56,601 nucleotides of DNA, taken from contig CANQAK010000005.1 in NCBI GenBank assembly GCA_947589495.1, positions 1 to 56,601 on the forward strand, read 5' to 3'. Below, in pieces: positions 31,549 through 42,721 of this stretch. Each line of letters begins with the position of its first letter. Position 1 is the stretch's first letter. The translations under genes were made by a program, and so were the position numbers. The notes under the pieces were generated by a model. That model did not search any database, was not told the DNA's origin, and saw only the letters and a list, made by a program, of their open reading frames with translations. This DNA comes from an uncultured Bacilli bacterium. Its GTDB lineage: Bacteria > Bacillota_I > Bacilli_A > RF39 > UBA660.

Positions 31549-32649
31549 TTATTGATTTTTTAAATTCCATGTTAATCCTTGATCAGTACTAAAAAATTTT
31601 AAATTTACTCTTTCATCTTTTTTAATAATATAAGAACAATCTAAAATAAGTTCATCATTTTCTAAATAAGGTACTTTAGTAACTTTTAAATATTCTATTT
31701 CATTATTAGAATAATTTATTTGAGCATTTTGAAACGTTTTACCACCATCTAAAGTAACATAAACACTATTATTTAAATTATTGATTTTTATATTTTCTGC
31801 AGTTATTGCAAACCCTAAATCTTCAGTTAAAAAAGTAAATTTAGCTTCATTACTTACTTTAATATAACTTTCAGAAACTGGAGTAAAATCTTCCCCATTA
31901 TTTGTACTTTTTAAAACATGAACAATACTATTTTGTCCTAATACTGAATCTAATTTAGAAAATCTTAAAATAACATTATCAAATTTTTTCTCATAAAATA
32001 CTTCTTCATCTATAGGTAATATATAATTATCATTTTCATTATATTCAATTTTTTCATTATTTTCTGTATAGTCAAAATTATCTATTACTTTACCATCTTC
32101 ATTTTTAATATTCACAACATATTTTTTATATATAACTTTTCCATCATCATCATAGAAATAATACTCTATTTGATCAGGTAAACTAGTTTTTTCAAATGGA
32201 TCATATCCACCTTCCCCAAAATATCCATGAACTTTTACTTTAGTACCCATTATAAATGGATTATAATAATCATAATAATCAACATCAACACTTAAAAATG
32301 AATTAACTACTGCAATATATTTATGTTCATCTAAAATAACAAAATGTTCTGGTTTATATAAAAATGCTAAAACTAATAATATTACTTGATAAAATACTAT
32401 ACATAACATAATAAATATACCTACAAAAATAGAAGTAACTATTTTAAATACTTTATCTTTTCTTATAAAAGTTTGTATTAACCCTATAACAAATAATAAA
32501 GCTAATAATCCTAACATTAAAATAATAAACCATAATTGAAATCTCATATTAAATAAATTTAAAATAATATTAGTAATTATAAATATTCCCAAAAAGATAA
32601 AAAATGTTATTAAAATATGGTTTTTTATTTTATTAAAAAAATTTTTCAT
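31549..32649 (-). CDS. Membrane protein with Asp-box/BNR repeat extracellular domain
   Basis: Three N-terminal TM segments; STNNGEDF, TLDGGKTF, STDQGLTW. Confidence 0.7.
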   Translation of the reverse strand: MKNFFNKIKNHILITFFIFLGIFIITNIILNLFNMRFQLWFIILMLGLLALLFVIGLIQTFIRKDKVFKIVTSIFVGIFIMLCIVFYQVILLVLAFLYKPEHFVILDEHKYIAVVNSFLSVDVDYYDYYNPFIMGTKVKVHGYFGEGGYDPFEKTSLPDQIEYYFYDDDGKVIYKKYVVNIKNEDGKVIDNFDYTENNEKIEYNENDNYILPIDEEVFYEKKFDNVILRFSKLDSVLGQNSIVHVLKSTNNGEDFTPVSESYIKVSNEAKFTFLTEDLGFAITAENIKINNLNNSVYVTLDGGKTFQNAQINYSNNEIEYLKVTKVPYLENDELILDCSYIIKKDERVNLKFFSTDQGLTWNLKNQ

Positions 32650-32659
32650 ATAGATCTCC

Positions 32660-33682
32660 CTACTTTAAAATAATACTTTTTTCATAATTAGATAAATAAT
32701 TATCTTTTAAAATTAATCTTTGACTTCTAATAACAAAGTTAGAAATCGCGGGAACATTTATACTATTATCTCTTTCTATTAAAGAATCTCTATAATAAAT
32801 TAATTCATCATTTATAATTTCAAATGTTCCCGATGACTTTTCTAGTACTTTTTTGGAATTTGTTTTATTATCAAAATAATATATACTAAGTTCTGCTGTA
32901 AACAAATTTTCAGATCCATCATTATTTATATGTGTATAAAAAGATATTCTTAAATTCGTATCTTCTTTATTTAAAGCATGAGAAACATTCATTCCCCCTA
33001 AAGATTTAATATAGTCCTTTATTTCAAATTTTTTACAATAGTTACCATTTCTAATACTATAAAAAATATTACGATAAAAGAAACTATTAGTTACTTCATA
33101 ATTTATAATGGTAATATCTAAATCTTCATCATAGTAATAAGTTGTATTATTACAATTAAGATGCTCTAATGTATTTAAATAAGATTTTATCTCTGTTGTT
33201 AATATTTTTTTACCTCTAAAATTTTTATAAGAATAATTATTTTCATTATTTTGCATTAAGAATGAATACTTTGGTATTCCTAAATCAATTAATTTATTTT
33301 GTCCATAATTATAGCGAAGATGTTTTATTTCATAACCAAAAGGAATTACCATAAATAAAATAATAAGAAAAAGAATTAAAATAGCTACAGCTGCAATAGT
33401 AATTTTTTTTATTAACTGTTTTTTTATTTTTAATTTTTCTTCAATAATAATTTTTTCAACATCTATATTATTTTTTTTATCTATTTGTAAAATAGTATAA
33501 ATATCAGTATCAAGAACACGAGCCAGTTTTTCTAAAATCATTACATCAGGTAAACTTAATCCCCTTTCCCATTTACTTACTGCTTTATCAGTAACATAAA
33601 GAAGATTTCCTAGTTCTTGTTGGGTTAAACATTTGGCTTTTCTTAATTTAGCTATATTTAAACCAATTTTATTATTATCCAT
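32660..33682 (-). CDS. XRE HTH-transmembrane-extracellular domain protein
   Basis: LTQQELGNLLYVTDKAVSKWERGLSLPD followed by one TM. Confidence 0.85.
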   Translation of the reverse strand: MDNNKIGLNIAKLRKAKCLTQQELGNLLYVTDKAVSKWERGLSLPDVMILEKLARVLDTDIYTILQIDKKNNIDVEKIIIEEKLKIKKQLIKKITIAAVAILILFLIILFMVIPFGYEIKHLRYNYGQNKLIDLGIPKYSFLMQNNENNYSYKNFRGKKILTTEIKSYLNTLEHLNCNNTTYYYDEDLDITIINYEVTNSFFYRNIFYSIRNGNYCKKFEIKDYIKSLGGMNVSHALNKEDTNLRISFYTHINNDGSENLFTAELSIYYFDNKTNSKKVLEKSSGTFEIINDELIYYRDSLIERDNSINVPAISNFVIRSQRLILKDNYLSNYEKSIILK

Positions 33683-33745
33683 AATTTTTCACCCAAAATA
33701 ATTATAACATATAAACCTATTTTTGCTTCTCGACTCTTAGTTTAG

Positions 33746-33781
33746 TTAAAAAAAATAACATCTCCCATAAGAGATGCTATC
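33746..33781 (-). terminator. Putative terminator after tuf
   Basis: CATCTC-N5-GAGATG core with A-run on + strand. Confidence 0.65.
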
Positions 33782-33803
33782 TTTTATAAAATTTTTGAAT
33801 TAA

Positions 33804-34970
33804 TTATTTAATAATTTCTGATACTACACCAGCACCAACAGTACGTCCACCTTCACGGATTGAGAATTTAGTACCATTTTCAAGTGCAACTGGTGCGATT
33901 AATTCAACTGTCATATCTACATTATCTCCAGGCATAACCATTTCAACACCTTCTGGTAACTCGATAACACCAGTTACGTCAGTAGTTCTGAAATAGAATT
34001 GAGGACGATAATTTGAGAAGAATGGTGTATGACGTCCACCTTCTTCTTTAGATAGAACATATACACTAGCTTTAAACTTAGTATGTGGAGTAACACTTCC
34101 TGGTTTTGCAAGTACTTGTCCACGTTCAACGTCTTCACGAGCAATTCCACGTAGAAGTACACCAGCATTATCTCCAGCTTGAGCATAATCTAATGATTTA
34201 CGGAACATTTCAATACCAGTAACAACTGATTTTTGAGTAGGTCTTAAACCAACGATTTCTACTTCATCATTAAGATTTAATCTACCACGTTCAACACGTC
34301 CTGTAACAACAGTTCCACGTCCTGAAATTGTAAATACATCTTCAATACTCATTAAGAATGGTTTATCTGTATCACGAACAGGAGCATCAATGTATGAATC
34401 AACTGCAGCCATTAAATCACGAATTGATTGAGCAGCTTTTTCATCACCTTCTAATGCTTTTAATGCACTACCACGAATGATAGGGCAATCAGAATCAAAA
34501 TTATATTCTCCTAATAATTCTCTAATTTCCATTTCTACTAAGTCTAGTAATTCTGGATCATCTACTTGGTCACATTTATTCATGTAAACAACAATCTTAG
34601 GCACACCAACTTGACGAGATAATAAAATATGTTCTCTAGTTTGTGGCATAGGACCATCAGCTGCAGAAACAACAAGGATTGCTCCGTCCATTTGAGCAGC
34701 ACCAGTAATCATGTTTTTAACATAATCGGCATGTCCTGGACAGTCAACGTGAGCATAATGACGTTTTTCAGTTTCATACTCAACGTGAGCAGTATTAATA
34801 GTTATACCTCTTTCCCTTTCCTCTGGAGCTTTGTCGATATCAGCATAATCAACAAATTGACCAAAATATTTAGTGATCGCAGCAGTTAATGTAGTTTTAC
34901 CATGGTCAACGTGTCCAATAGTACCTATATTAACGTGTTCTTTAGAACGATCAAATTTTTCTCTTGCCAT
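33804..34970 (-). CDS. tuf: Elongation factor Tu
   Basis: [42 protein letters not shown]. Confidence 0.99.
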   Translation of the reverse strand: MAREKFDRSKEHVNIGTIGHVDHGKTTLTAAITKYFGQFVDYADIDKAPEERERGITINTAHVEYETEKRHYAHVDCPGHADYVKNMITGAAQMDGAILVVSAADGPMPQTREHILLSRQVGVPKIVVYMNKCDQVDDPELLDLVEMEIRELLGEYNFDSDCPIIRGSALKALEGDEKAAQSIRDLMAAVDSYIDAPVRDTDKPFLMSIEDVFTISGRGTVVTGRVERGRLNLNDEVEIVGLRPTQKSVVTGIEMFRKSLDYAQAGDNAGVLLRGIAREDVERGQVLAKPGSVTPHTKFKASVYVLSKEEGGRHTPFFSNYRPQFYFRTTDVTGVIELPEGVEMVMPGDNVDMTVELIAPVALENGTKFSIREGGRTVGAGVVSEIIK

Positions 34971-35042
34971 ATAATATTTTCCTCCTTTTCTTATTTACTA
35001 TTATATTTTATCTAATGCTTGAAATTTTTTCAAGTATTATTC

Positions 35043-37118
35043 TTAATTAACGCTGTTTTTCTTTATAATATCATCAGCAATATTTTTTGGTACTTCTTCA
35101 TAATGATCTAATGTCATTGTAAATGTACCACGTCCTTGTGAATTAGAACGTAATGTTGTAGCATAACCAAACATTTCTGCTAAAGGTACCATTGCATTAA
35201 TTGATAATGCATTTCCTCTTGATTCATTTCCTAGAGGTTTACCTCTTCTACTTGTTAAATCACCCATAACATTACCCATATATTCTTCAGGAACAACTAC
35301 TTCAACCTTCATAATTGGTTCAAGTAATACTGGTTTACATTTATTTAATGCTTCTTTTAAAGCCATTGATGCAGCAATTTTGAAAGCCATTTCTGATGAG
35401 TCTACATCATGATAAGAACCATCAAATAATGTTGCTTTAACATCTACCATTGGGTAACCTGCTAAAATACCACCGGCCATTGCTTCTTGTAAACCTTTAT
35501 CAGTAACAGGAATATATTCACGAGGAACTACCCCTCCTACAATTGCATCAACAAATTCATAACCTTTTTCAGGATTTGGTTCAAATTTAACCCAAACATG
35601 TCCATATTGTCCACGTCCACCTGATTGTTTAATATATTTTCCTTCACAGTCAGCTGCTTGTGTAATTGTTTCACGATAAGCAACTTGTGGACGGCCTATA
35701 TTGGCTTCAACATTAAATTCATCTTTCATACGACGAACTAATACTTCAAGGTGTAATTCACCCATACCACTAATAACTGTTTGACCAGTTTCAACATCAG
35801 TTCTATATCTAAATGTTGGATCTTCTTCAGCTAGTTTTTGTAAAGCTTGACCTAATTTATCTTGATCAGCTTTACTCTTAGGTTCAATAGCTTCATCAAT
35901 AACTGGTTCAGGGAATTCCATTCCATTCATTATTACTGGACTCTTTTCATCACAAAGTGTATCAGCTGTAGTTGTATTTTTTAAACCAACTAATGCAGCA
36001 ATTTCTCCAGTATAAACTTCAGAAATTTCTTTTCTTTGGTTAGCATGCATTTGTAAAATACGTCCAACTCTTTCTTTAACATTTTTAGTACTATTTAAAA
36101 TATATGACCCACTTGTTAAATGTCCTGAATATACACGGAAGAAAGCAAGTCTACCAACATATGGATCTGTCATAATTTTAAATGCCATAGCAGTAAAAGG
36201 TTCATTATCACTAGGATGACGTTTAACTAAATTACCGTTTGCATCAGTACAATCTATAGCTTCAATATCAGTTGGAGCTGGCATGTAGTCAATAACAGCA
36301 TCAAGTGCTAGTTTTATACCTGTATTTGATAATGCACTACCACATAATACTGGGAAAAATTCAGCGGCTAAAACACCTTTTCTAATTGCTCCTTTAATTT
36401 CTTGAACAGTTAATTCTTCTCCCATTAAGTATTTTTCCATTAAAGCATCATCAAATTCAACTGCTTTTTCTACTAATTCTAATCTTTTAGTAGCAACAAG
36501 ATCTTTTAAATCTTCAGGAATATCTATTTCTTTATAATTTTCATGTTCATCAGTACGATCAAATGTATAAGCTTTTTGTTCAATTAAATCTATTATACCA
36601 TGAAAATCATTTTCAGCTCCTATTGGCCATTGAATTGGAGCATAATTAACACCTAATCTTTTACCAATAGTCTCTAAAGAAAATTCAAAATCTGCTCCAA
36701 GTTTATCCATTTTATTAACAAAAATCATTCTTGGAACTTTATATTCAGTAGCTTGACGCCATACTGTTTCTGATTGTGGTTCTACACCAGCATTACCATC
36801 TAGTAAGCATATTGAACCATCTAATACTCTTAAACTTCTTTGAACTTCAACAGTAAAGTCTACGTGTCCCGGAGTATCAATAATATTTAAACGATATCCT
36901 TTCCAATGTGCTGTTGTTGCAGCACTTGTTATAGTAATACCACGTTCCTTTTCTTGTTCCATCCAATCCATTTGAGATTCTCCATCATGAGTTTCTCCAA
37001 TTTTATGTGTAATACCTGTATGAAATAAAACTCTTTCTGTAAAAGTAGTTTTACCGGCATCAATATGTGCCATAATACCAATATTACGAACTTTATCTAT
37101 TGTAACGTCTCTTGCCAT
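35043..37118 (-). CDS. fusA: Elongation factor G
   Basis: [39 protein letters not shown]. Confidence 0.99.
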   Translation of the reverse strand: MARDVTIDKVRNIGIMAHIDAGKTTFTERVLFHTGITHKIGETHDGESQMDWMEQEKERGITITSAATTAHWKGYRLNIIDTPGHVDFTVEVQRSLRVLDGSICLLDGNAGVEPQSETVWRQATEYKVPRMIFVNKMDKLGADFEFSLETIGKRLGVNYAPIQWPIGAENDFHGIIDLIEQKAYTFDRTDEHENYKEIDIPEDLKDLVATKRLELVEKAVEFDDALMEKYLMGEELTVQEIKGAIRKGVLAAEFFPVLCGSALSNTGIKLALDAVIDYMPAPTDIEAIDCTDANGNLVKRHPSDNEPFTAMAFKIMTDPYVGRLAFFRVYSGHLTSGSYILNSTKNVKERVGRILQMHANQRKEISEVYTGEIAALVGLKNTTTADTLCDEKSPVIMNGMEFPEPVIDEAIEPKSKADQDKLGQALQKLAEEDPTFRYRTDVETGQTVISGMGELHLEVLVRRMKDEFNVEANIGRPQVAYRETITQAADCEGKYIKQSGGRGQYGHVWVKFEPNPEKGYEFVDAIVGGVVPREYIPVTDKGLQEAMAGGILAGYPMVDVKATLFDGSYHDVDSSEMAFKIAASMALKEALNKCKPVLLEPIMKVEVVVPEEYMGNVMGDLTSRRGKPLGNESRGNALSINAMVPLAEMFGYATTLRSNSQGRGTFTMTLDHYEEVPKNIADDIIKKNSVN

Positions 37119-37121
37119 AAT

Positions 37122-37589
37122 CTACCATCTATAATGAGCAAATGCTTTATTTGCTTCAGCCATTTTATGTGTATCTTCACGTTTTTTAACAGCTCCACCT
37201 ACACCATTAGCAGCATCTATAATTTCATTTGCTAAATTTATAGCCATACCCTTTCCATTTCTTAATTTTGCATAATTTACTAACCAACGAAGTGCCAATG
37301 TTTGAGCTCTTTCATCAGTAACTTCCATTGGAACTTGATAGTTAGAACCACCAACACGACGAGATTTAACTTCTAGTGCTGGACTTATATTTTTTAAAGC
37401 TTCTGTATAAACATCCATAGCTTTTTTACCTGTTTGTTTTTCAACAATGTCAAAGGCTTCATATAAAATCTTTTCTGCAGTACCTTTTTTACCATCTAAC
37501 ATAATTGCATTAATAAGTTTAGTAACAACTTTTGAATTATATATAGGATCTGGTAATACATCTCTTTTAATTGCTCTTCTTTTACGCAT
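37122..37589 (-). CDS. rpsG: 30S ribosomal protein S7
   Basis: [29 protein letters not shown]. Confidence 0.99.
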   Translation of the reverse strand: MRKRRAIKRDVLPDPIYNSKVVTKLINAIMLDGKKGTAEKILYEAFDIVEKQTGKKAMDVYTEALKNISPALEVKSRRVGGSNYQVPMEVTDERAQTLALRWLVNYAKLRNGKGMAINLANEIIDAANGVGGAVKKREDTHKMAEANKAFAHYRW

Positions 37590-37612
37590 TTAATTTCCTC
37601 CTTTTCTAATTT

Positions 37613-38023
37613 TTATTTACTTTTTTTAGTACCATATCTACTACGTGCTTGTTTACGATTTTCTACACCATGAGTATCAAGTGTACCACGTACAATGTGA
37701 TAACGAACACCGATTAAGTCTTTTACACGACCACCACGAACTAATACAACGCTGTGTTCTTGTAAATTGTGTCCTTCTCCTGGAATATATGCATCAATTT
37801 CTTTACCATTAGAAAGTCTAACACGAGCATATTTACGTAATGCTGAGTTTGGTTTCTTTGGTGTCTTTGTTCCTACACGAGTACAAACTCCTCTTTTTTG
37901 TGGACTTTTTGCATCAGTTTGTTTTCTTTCTAATGTATTAAATCCAACATTAAGTACTGGACTTTTACTCTTTTTAGTTTTCTTTTGACGATTTTTCTTA
38001 ACTAATTGATTTATTGTTGGCAT
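37613..38023 (-). CDS. rpsL: 30S ribosomal protein S12
   Basis: Start MPTINQLV at 38023; [18 protein letters not shown]. Confidence 0.99.
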   Translation of the reverse strand: MPTINQLVKKNRQKKTKKSKSPVLNVGFNTLERKQTDAKSPQKRGVCTRVGTKTPKKPNSALRKYARVRLSNGKEIDAYIPGEGHNLQEHSVVLVRGGRVKDLIGVRYHIVRGTLDTHGVENRKQARSRYGTKKSK

Positions 38024-38164
38024 ATTATCTCTCCCTTCTATTAACACGAATCCAAGTGTGTCAAAAATATCTTTTAAATTAAGTTCTACAAGGTAGAACC
38101 TAAATAAAATGCGTACTTAATATACCATTTTAATATATGTTTTGTCAACAATTTTTAGACATAT

Positions 38165-38545
38165 TTAATAATTTAAAGTTTGATATCCTTTACATAATAC
38201 ATATCCATTATAATAATCTATATTATCTACATTACTAACAATAACATATCCATCACAATTTTTTCCTTTTCCATCTTTTAATTCATCTATATAATTATTA
38301 CTCTTTAATGTCTCAAAACTTATTCTATATTCTCCATTTACTTTTATATTATTGTCATCAATATAATTTTTAGCAGCAACTTCTAAATTACTTTCTAAAT
38401 CTAAATAAATTTTATTTTCTATAGAGTTCCCAATAGAACCATATAATTTATAAATAAAAAATACTGCAATTAATAACGCAATTAATAAGCCACCACTTAA
38501 TAAAAGCATTTCAAGAGTTCCCCATCCTTTATTATTTAACTTCAT
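38165..38545 (-). CDS. Type IV pilin-like protein
   Basis: MKLNNKG|WGTLE plus hydrophobic helix (Glu at +5); C-terminal Cys pair. Confidence 0.6.
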   Translation of the reverse strand: MKLNNKGWGTLEMLLLSGGLLIALLIAVFFIYKLYGSIGNSIENKIYLDLESNLEVAAKNYIDDNNIKVNGEYRISFETLKSNNYIDELKDGKGKNCDGYVIVSNVDNIDYYNGYVLCKGYQTLNY

Positions 38546-38555
38546 TTATATCTTC

Positions 38556-38831
38556 CTAACTATTTGTTGGTAATTTCTCCCTGACATTTATAAATATATG
38601 CCCAAATTCTTTTCCATATAAGCTATTTCTTTCATATGTTATTGATTTATATCCTAACCCCCAATAAACATAAACATGTCCATCATCATATGTCAAAGTA
38701 TCTTCTTTTAATACTATTAACATTGGTTCATTATTTTGATATCTAATATATTCTATAATTATTAAACCAATCCACATTACAACAAGTGTTAAAATAAACA
38801 CTTTAAATATAATCCCCAATGTTTTACGCAT
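38556..38831 (-). CDS. Small membrane-anchored hypothetical protein
   Basis: RBS GAGGTG; one N-terminal TM. Confidence 0.7.
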   Translation of the reverse strand: MRKTLGIIFKVFILTLVVMWIGLIIIEYIRYQNNEPMLIVLKEDTLTYDDGHVYVYWGLGYKSITYERNSLYGKEFGHIFINVREKLPTNS

Positions 38832-38888
38832 AGTATCACCTCTAATAATTATAAAATATAGTTATTAAAAATGCAATTAAGTTTAAAC

Positions 38889-38920
38889 AAAAAAGATTGC
38901 TAACTCATGTTAACAATCTC
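38889..38920 (-). terminator. Putative terminator after rplL
   Basis: AGATTGCTAAC-tcat-GTTAACAATCT hairpin with A-run on + strand. Confidence 0.7.
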
Positions 38921-38933
38921 TATCATAAAATAA

Positions 38934-39302
38934 TTATGCTAATTCTACTTCAGCACCAGCTTCAGTTAATTGATCAGCAATAGCTTTAGCTTCATCAGCA
39001 GGAACATTTTCTTTAATATTTCCACCATTATCTGCTAAACCTTTAGCTTCAACTAATCCTAAGCCTGTAATTTCTTTAATGATTTTAATTACAGCGATTT
39101 TATTTCCGCCAGCACTTTTAAGAACAACAGTTTTTGTAGAAGATCCTTCATCTTCAGCACCTTGTGCTGGAGCAGCAGCTACTGCAACTGCAGATGGATC
39201 AACACCAAATTCTTCTTTCATTGCATCAACTAATTCTTTTACTTCAAGAATAGTCATTTCTTTTAATGCACTTATAAATTCATCTTTTGTTAATTTTGCC
39301 AT
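38934..39302 (-). CDS. rplL: 50S ribosomal protein L7/L12
   Basis: EEFGV, KIAVIK, ITGLGLVEAK, EAGAEVEL. Confidence 0.98.
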   Translation of the reverse strand: MAKLTKDEFISALKEMTILEVKELVDAMKEEFGVDPSAVAVAAAPAQGAEDEGSSTKTVVLKSAGGNKIAVIKIIKEITGLGLVEAKGLADNGGNIKENVPADEAKAIADQLTEAGAEVELA

Positions 39303-39309
39303 TTTTCTC

Positions 39310-39807
39310 CTATTCCTTTCCTTCTAATTGTTCGGCATAAAGATTTAAACTTATTGATAAATCTCTAACATATTGGATCATGCCACCAGCAAGCATTGTA
39401 AGAAGTCCTTCTCTTGATGGAATACTTGCATATTCTTTAATAACGTCAAGACTTGCTACATCACCACTGATAATTCCAACACGAATGTTTAACTTGTCAT
39501 GTCCTTTAGCAAACTCTGCTATTACCTTAATTGGTTCTAACAAAGTATTACCAAATAACAAAGCGTTTGGGCCTTCTAAAAATTCATCCATGTTAATTTT
39601 TAATTCATCTAAAGCTCTTTTTAAAAGAGTATTCTTATAAATCTTAACATTAGAATTAATTTCATTTAGCTTATTTCTTAATTCAGTCATTTCTGAAACA
39701 GTTAAACCTTGATATTGAAATAAAATAACAGATTCGCTATTTTTGATATTATCAATAATTTCACTTACGATAACTTTCTTCTCATTAAGAATTTTTTCGC
39801 TTGCCAT
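39310..39807 (-). CDS. rplJ: 50S ribosomal protein L10
   Basis: YQGLTVSEMTELR, KNTL, IPSREGLLTML. Confidence 0.98.
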   Translation of the reverse strand: MASEKILNEKKVIVSEIIDNIKNSESVILFQYQGLTVSEMTELRNKLNEINSNVKIYKNTLLKRALDELKINMDEFLEGPNALLFGNTLLEPIKVIAEFAKGHDKLNIRVGIISGDVASLDVIKEYASIPSREGLLTMLAGGMIQYVRDLSISLNLYAEQLEGKE

Positions 39808-39824
39808 TTTTCCTCCTTATATAT

Positions 39825-39922
39825 TAAGAAAAGCTTCCGATTTTGGGAAGCTAAAAAACAAGTTTAAAGTTCCCCTCGGTAGGATTTTTAAAAGTATTAC
39901 TTCCCTACTGTCTTCGGTTTTT
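39825..39922 (-). ncRNA. L10 leader (ribosomal protein autoregulatory RNA)
   Basis: Minus strand ACCGAAGACAGTAGG...CCTACCGAGG, then GCTTCC/GGAAGC hairpin with U-run, upstream of rplJ. Confidence 0.85.
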
Positions 39923-39956
39923 CTTTTCTTCTTTAAGTATTATATACTACAACTTA

Positions 39957-40655
39957 TTAAATGTCAAAGGAATTTTTATCAACTTTAATTCCAGGACCCA
40001 TAGTTGTAGAAATAGTAATTTTATCTATAAATACACCTTTTACTGCTTGAGGTTTAGCTTTATTTATAGTTTTAATTACATATTCTAAATTTTCTAATAA
40101 TTTAGATTCATCAAATGATACTTTACCTATAATAGTATGAATGTTTCCATAAGAATCAGTTCTATAAGTAACCATACCACTTTTTAAATCTTTAACAACA
40201 TCAGCAACTTTAGTAGTTACAGTTCCTGTTTTAGGATTTGGCATTAAACCTTTTGGACCTAAAACATTACCAATTTTACCAACTTCTGGCATCATATCTG
40301 GAGTAGCTACGATAACATCAAAATCAAACCAATTTTCAGCTTTAATTTTATCAAGCATATCTTTATCTCCAACATAGTCAGCACCAGCTTTTTTAGCTTC
40401 TTCAGCAAACGCACCTTTAGCAATAACTAAAACTTTTTTACTTTTACCTGTTCCATTAGGCATAACTAATGAACCTCTTAATTGTTGGTCAGTTTTTTTA
40501 GCATCAATGTTTAATTTTATTGCAACTTCAACAGTGCTATCAAACTTAGTAACTGATGTATTTTTAACTAATTTTGTTGCTTCTTCTTTAGTATAAAGTT
40601 TATTACTGTCAACAGTATTAGCAACTTCCACATATTTTTTACTATGTTTCTTCAT
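39957..40655 (-). CDS. rplA: 50S ribosomal protein L1
   Basis: KFDSTVE, PNGTGK, LGPKGLMPNPKTGTVT, TMGPG. Confidence 0.98.
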   Translation of the reverse strand: MKKHSKKYVEVANTVDSNKLYTKEEATKLVKNTSVTKFDSTVEVAIKLNIDAKKTDQQLRGSLVMPNGTGKSKKVLVIAKGAFAEEAKKAGADYVGDKDMLDKIKAENWFDFDVIVATPDMMPEVGKIGNVLGPKGLMPNPKTGTVTTKVADVVKDLKSGMVTYRTDSYGNIHTIIGKVSFDESKLLENLEYVIKTINKAKPQAVKGVFIDKITISTTMGPGIKVDKNSFDI

Positions 40656-40708
40656 CTTATTCCTCCTAACTGTGGTTAATTAGCGGATTTTTTATTATAA
40701 ATAATTTA

Positions 40709-41302
40709 TTATTCACTTTCTTCTTCGTTTTTATCTTCTTCACCAATAACTGGTACATCGATTTCTTCTTTGCTAGCAGCTTCTTCTTCCATTTGAGAAA
40801 GTTCAGCTTCACGTTTTTGCATTTCTTTTTCTTCTTCAAGAGCTTCTTTAGCTTGTTCAGCAAGTTCTTTATCAGTTCTACCAGAAACAGCAATTCCCAT
40901 ATTTCTTGCTGTACCTTCAATGATATTCATAGCTTCATCTACAGTATAAGCATTTAAATCTGGTAATTTAGTTTCAGCAATACTTCTCAAATCAGCTTCG
41001 CTTATTGTAGCAACGATTTGATTAGCACCCTTACTGCTACCTTTTTGGATTTTTGCTACTTTTTTTAGTAAGAATCCAGCAGGTGGAGTTTTTAATACAA
41101 AATCAAACGTTCTATCATCATAAATAGAGATTTCACAAGGAACTACATCTCCCATTTTATCACGAGTAGCGTCATTAAATTTTGTACAAAATTCTTGTAA
41201 GTTAATACCAGCAGGTCCTAAAACTGTTCCAACTGGTGGTGCTGGTGTTGCTTTGCCAGCTTGAATTTCAAGTTTAATTTTCTTTACGACTTCTTTTGCC
41301 AC
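40709..41302 (-). CDS. rplK: 50S ribosomal protein L11 with acidic C-terminal extension
   Basis: GTG start at 41302 after AGGAGG; AGKATPAPPVG, KTPPA, GTARNMGI; about 55 extra E-rich residues. Confidence 0.96.
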   Translation of the reverse strand: MAKEVVKKIKLEIQAGKATPAPPVGTVLGPAGINLQEFCTKFNDATRDKMGDVVPCEISIYDDRTFDFVLKTPPAGFLLKKVAKIQKGSSKGANQIVATISEADLRSIAETKLPDLNAYTVDEAMNIIEGTARNMGIAVSGRTDKELAEQAKEALEEEKEMQKREAELSQMEEEAASKEEIDVPVIGEEDKNEEESE

Positions 41303-41331
41303 GAAAACACCTCCTATATAATTTTTTCGTG

Positions 41332-41368
41332 TTAGTGGTATTGGGCAAATCCGCATTCCCTCCCACAT
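41332..41368 (-). promoter_or_regulatory. Putative L1-binding leader upstream of rplK
   Basis: Minus strand GTGGGAGGG...CCCAATACCAC, resembling the L1 operator hairpin. Confidence 0.6.
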
Positions 41369-41541
41369 AACTTATACAATTAATAAATTGCATGTTAAAT
41401 AATATCATAAAAATTAAAGATATGCAATACTTCGTGCTATAAAATTATATGCATACATATGTCAATATAATTAATAAAATATTAGCATTTTTATACATAT
41501 TATGTTATTATTAAGTTATATTAAGGATAGAGGTTTTTATT

Positions 41542-42597
41542 ATGGCTAAAAAATTTTTCTATAATAAAGTACATAACACTAAAAAAACAATTATAAATAT
41601 AGTTATTATTGGTGTATGTATAATAGGAGTAATTATATGCTTTATCGTTACCGCCAATTTTCAAGGTGAATCTCAAAATGAACAAGGTGGCGAATTAAGC
41701 ATTAAAAATGATGTTACTATTGAAGTAAATGAAAAATTTACAAATGAAATCTTTTTTTCAAAAATTGAAAATGTTAATTTGAATAATATAAAAGTTACTT
41801 ATCCTAATGATTATGATGTTTCAAATATTGGAAAATATAAAGTTACATTGAATATAAATGGTAAAGATTATACTTCCAATTTAAACGTTGTTGATACAAT
41901 TAAACCAGAACTTGCTTTAAAAGAATTAACAATTGAAGAAAATGGTATTTATTCATCTAATGCCTTTGTAAAAAGTTGTACAGATAATAGTGAAAAAGAT
42001 TGTGATATTGAATTTTATAAAGAAGGTATGGATGAAGAAGGAAATACTATTGATTATTCAAAATATAAAGATGCAGGAACTTATCCAATCAAAATTGTAG
42101 CACGTGATGCTGCTGGAAATGAAGCAATTGAAGAAACTAATTTAATTATTACTAAAAAGAATACGACACCAACAGAGCCCCCACAAGAACCTGAGCCTGA
42201 AGTAGACGAGCCAGAACCTACTACATGTAAATATGGAAATGGTGAATATGATACAGATAATTACCTAGTGGCTATAAATATTACTTCAAATAATTGTGCT
42301 GTAAGCCTAGATTTATATAAAGATGCAACAATGTTAAATTCTACTAATAAATTAATGGAAAGTGAAACAACAAGAATTAAAAAAGATATTGAAGCTTTAA
42401 ATTTAAATGGTACTTTAGCTTTAAGTAGAGTTGTAATAGCGGTTGTAAATAAAAGTGGAAATGGTATTGTAGGATATGAATTAAAAATGACTGTAACAAT
42501 TACAAATAATGGTAAAACAGAAACTGCTGCAGAATATAAAGTTAATAATAAAGGAAAAAGAGTATTTACTCAAAACCCTTATAATTTAGGAGAGTAA
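41542..42597 (+). CDS. Membrane-anchored surface protein with Ig-like domains and Pro/Glu linker
   Basis: N-terminal TM; VVDTIKP, GTYPIKIVARDAAGN; PTEPPQEPEPE. Confidence 0.7.
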   Translation: MAKKFFYNKVHNTKKTIINIVIIGVCIIGVIICFIVTANFQGESQNEQGGELSIKNDVTIEVNEKFTNEIFFSKIENVNLNNIKVTYPNDYDVSNIGKYKVTLNINGKDYTSNLNVVDTIKPELALKELTIEENGIYSSNAFVKSCTDNSEKDCDIEFYKEGMDEEGNTIDYSKYKDAGTYPIKIVARDAAGNEAIEETNLIITKKNTTPTEPPQEPEPEVDEPEPTTCKYGNGEYDTDNYLVAINITSNNCAVSLDLYKDATMLNSTNKLMESETTRIKKDIEALNLNGTLALSRVVIAVVNKSGNGIVGYELKMTVTITNNGKTETAAEYKVNNKGKRVFTQNPYNLGE

Positions 42598-42721
42598 ATA
42601 AATCCAATGTCATTAATTAAAAAATGAATAAAAAAATAGAATCAAATATAAAAATTCTATTTTTTTTATTCTATAAATTTATTTTTATTGTCTATTAGAT
42701 ATCAAAAAAATAGACTATTGT

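Noticed and set aside
40661-40700. Second L1-binding leader before rplA
   Set aside because: Only a 3'-half-like CCGCTAATTAACCAC is present; the GGGAG strand is missing, so it is not supportable.
41303-41368. N-terminal extension of L11 (MWEGMRICP...)
   Set aside because: This is the leader hairpin and RBS; GTG at 41302 matches the normal L11 start.
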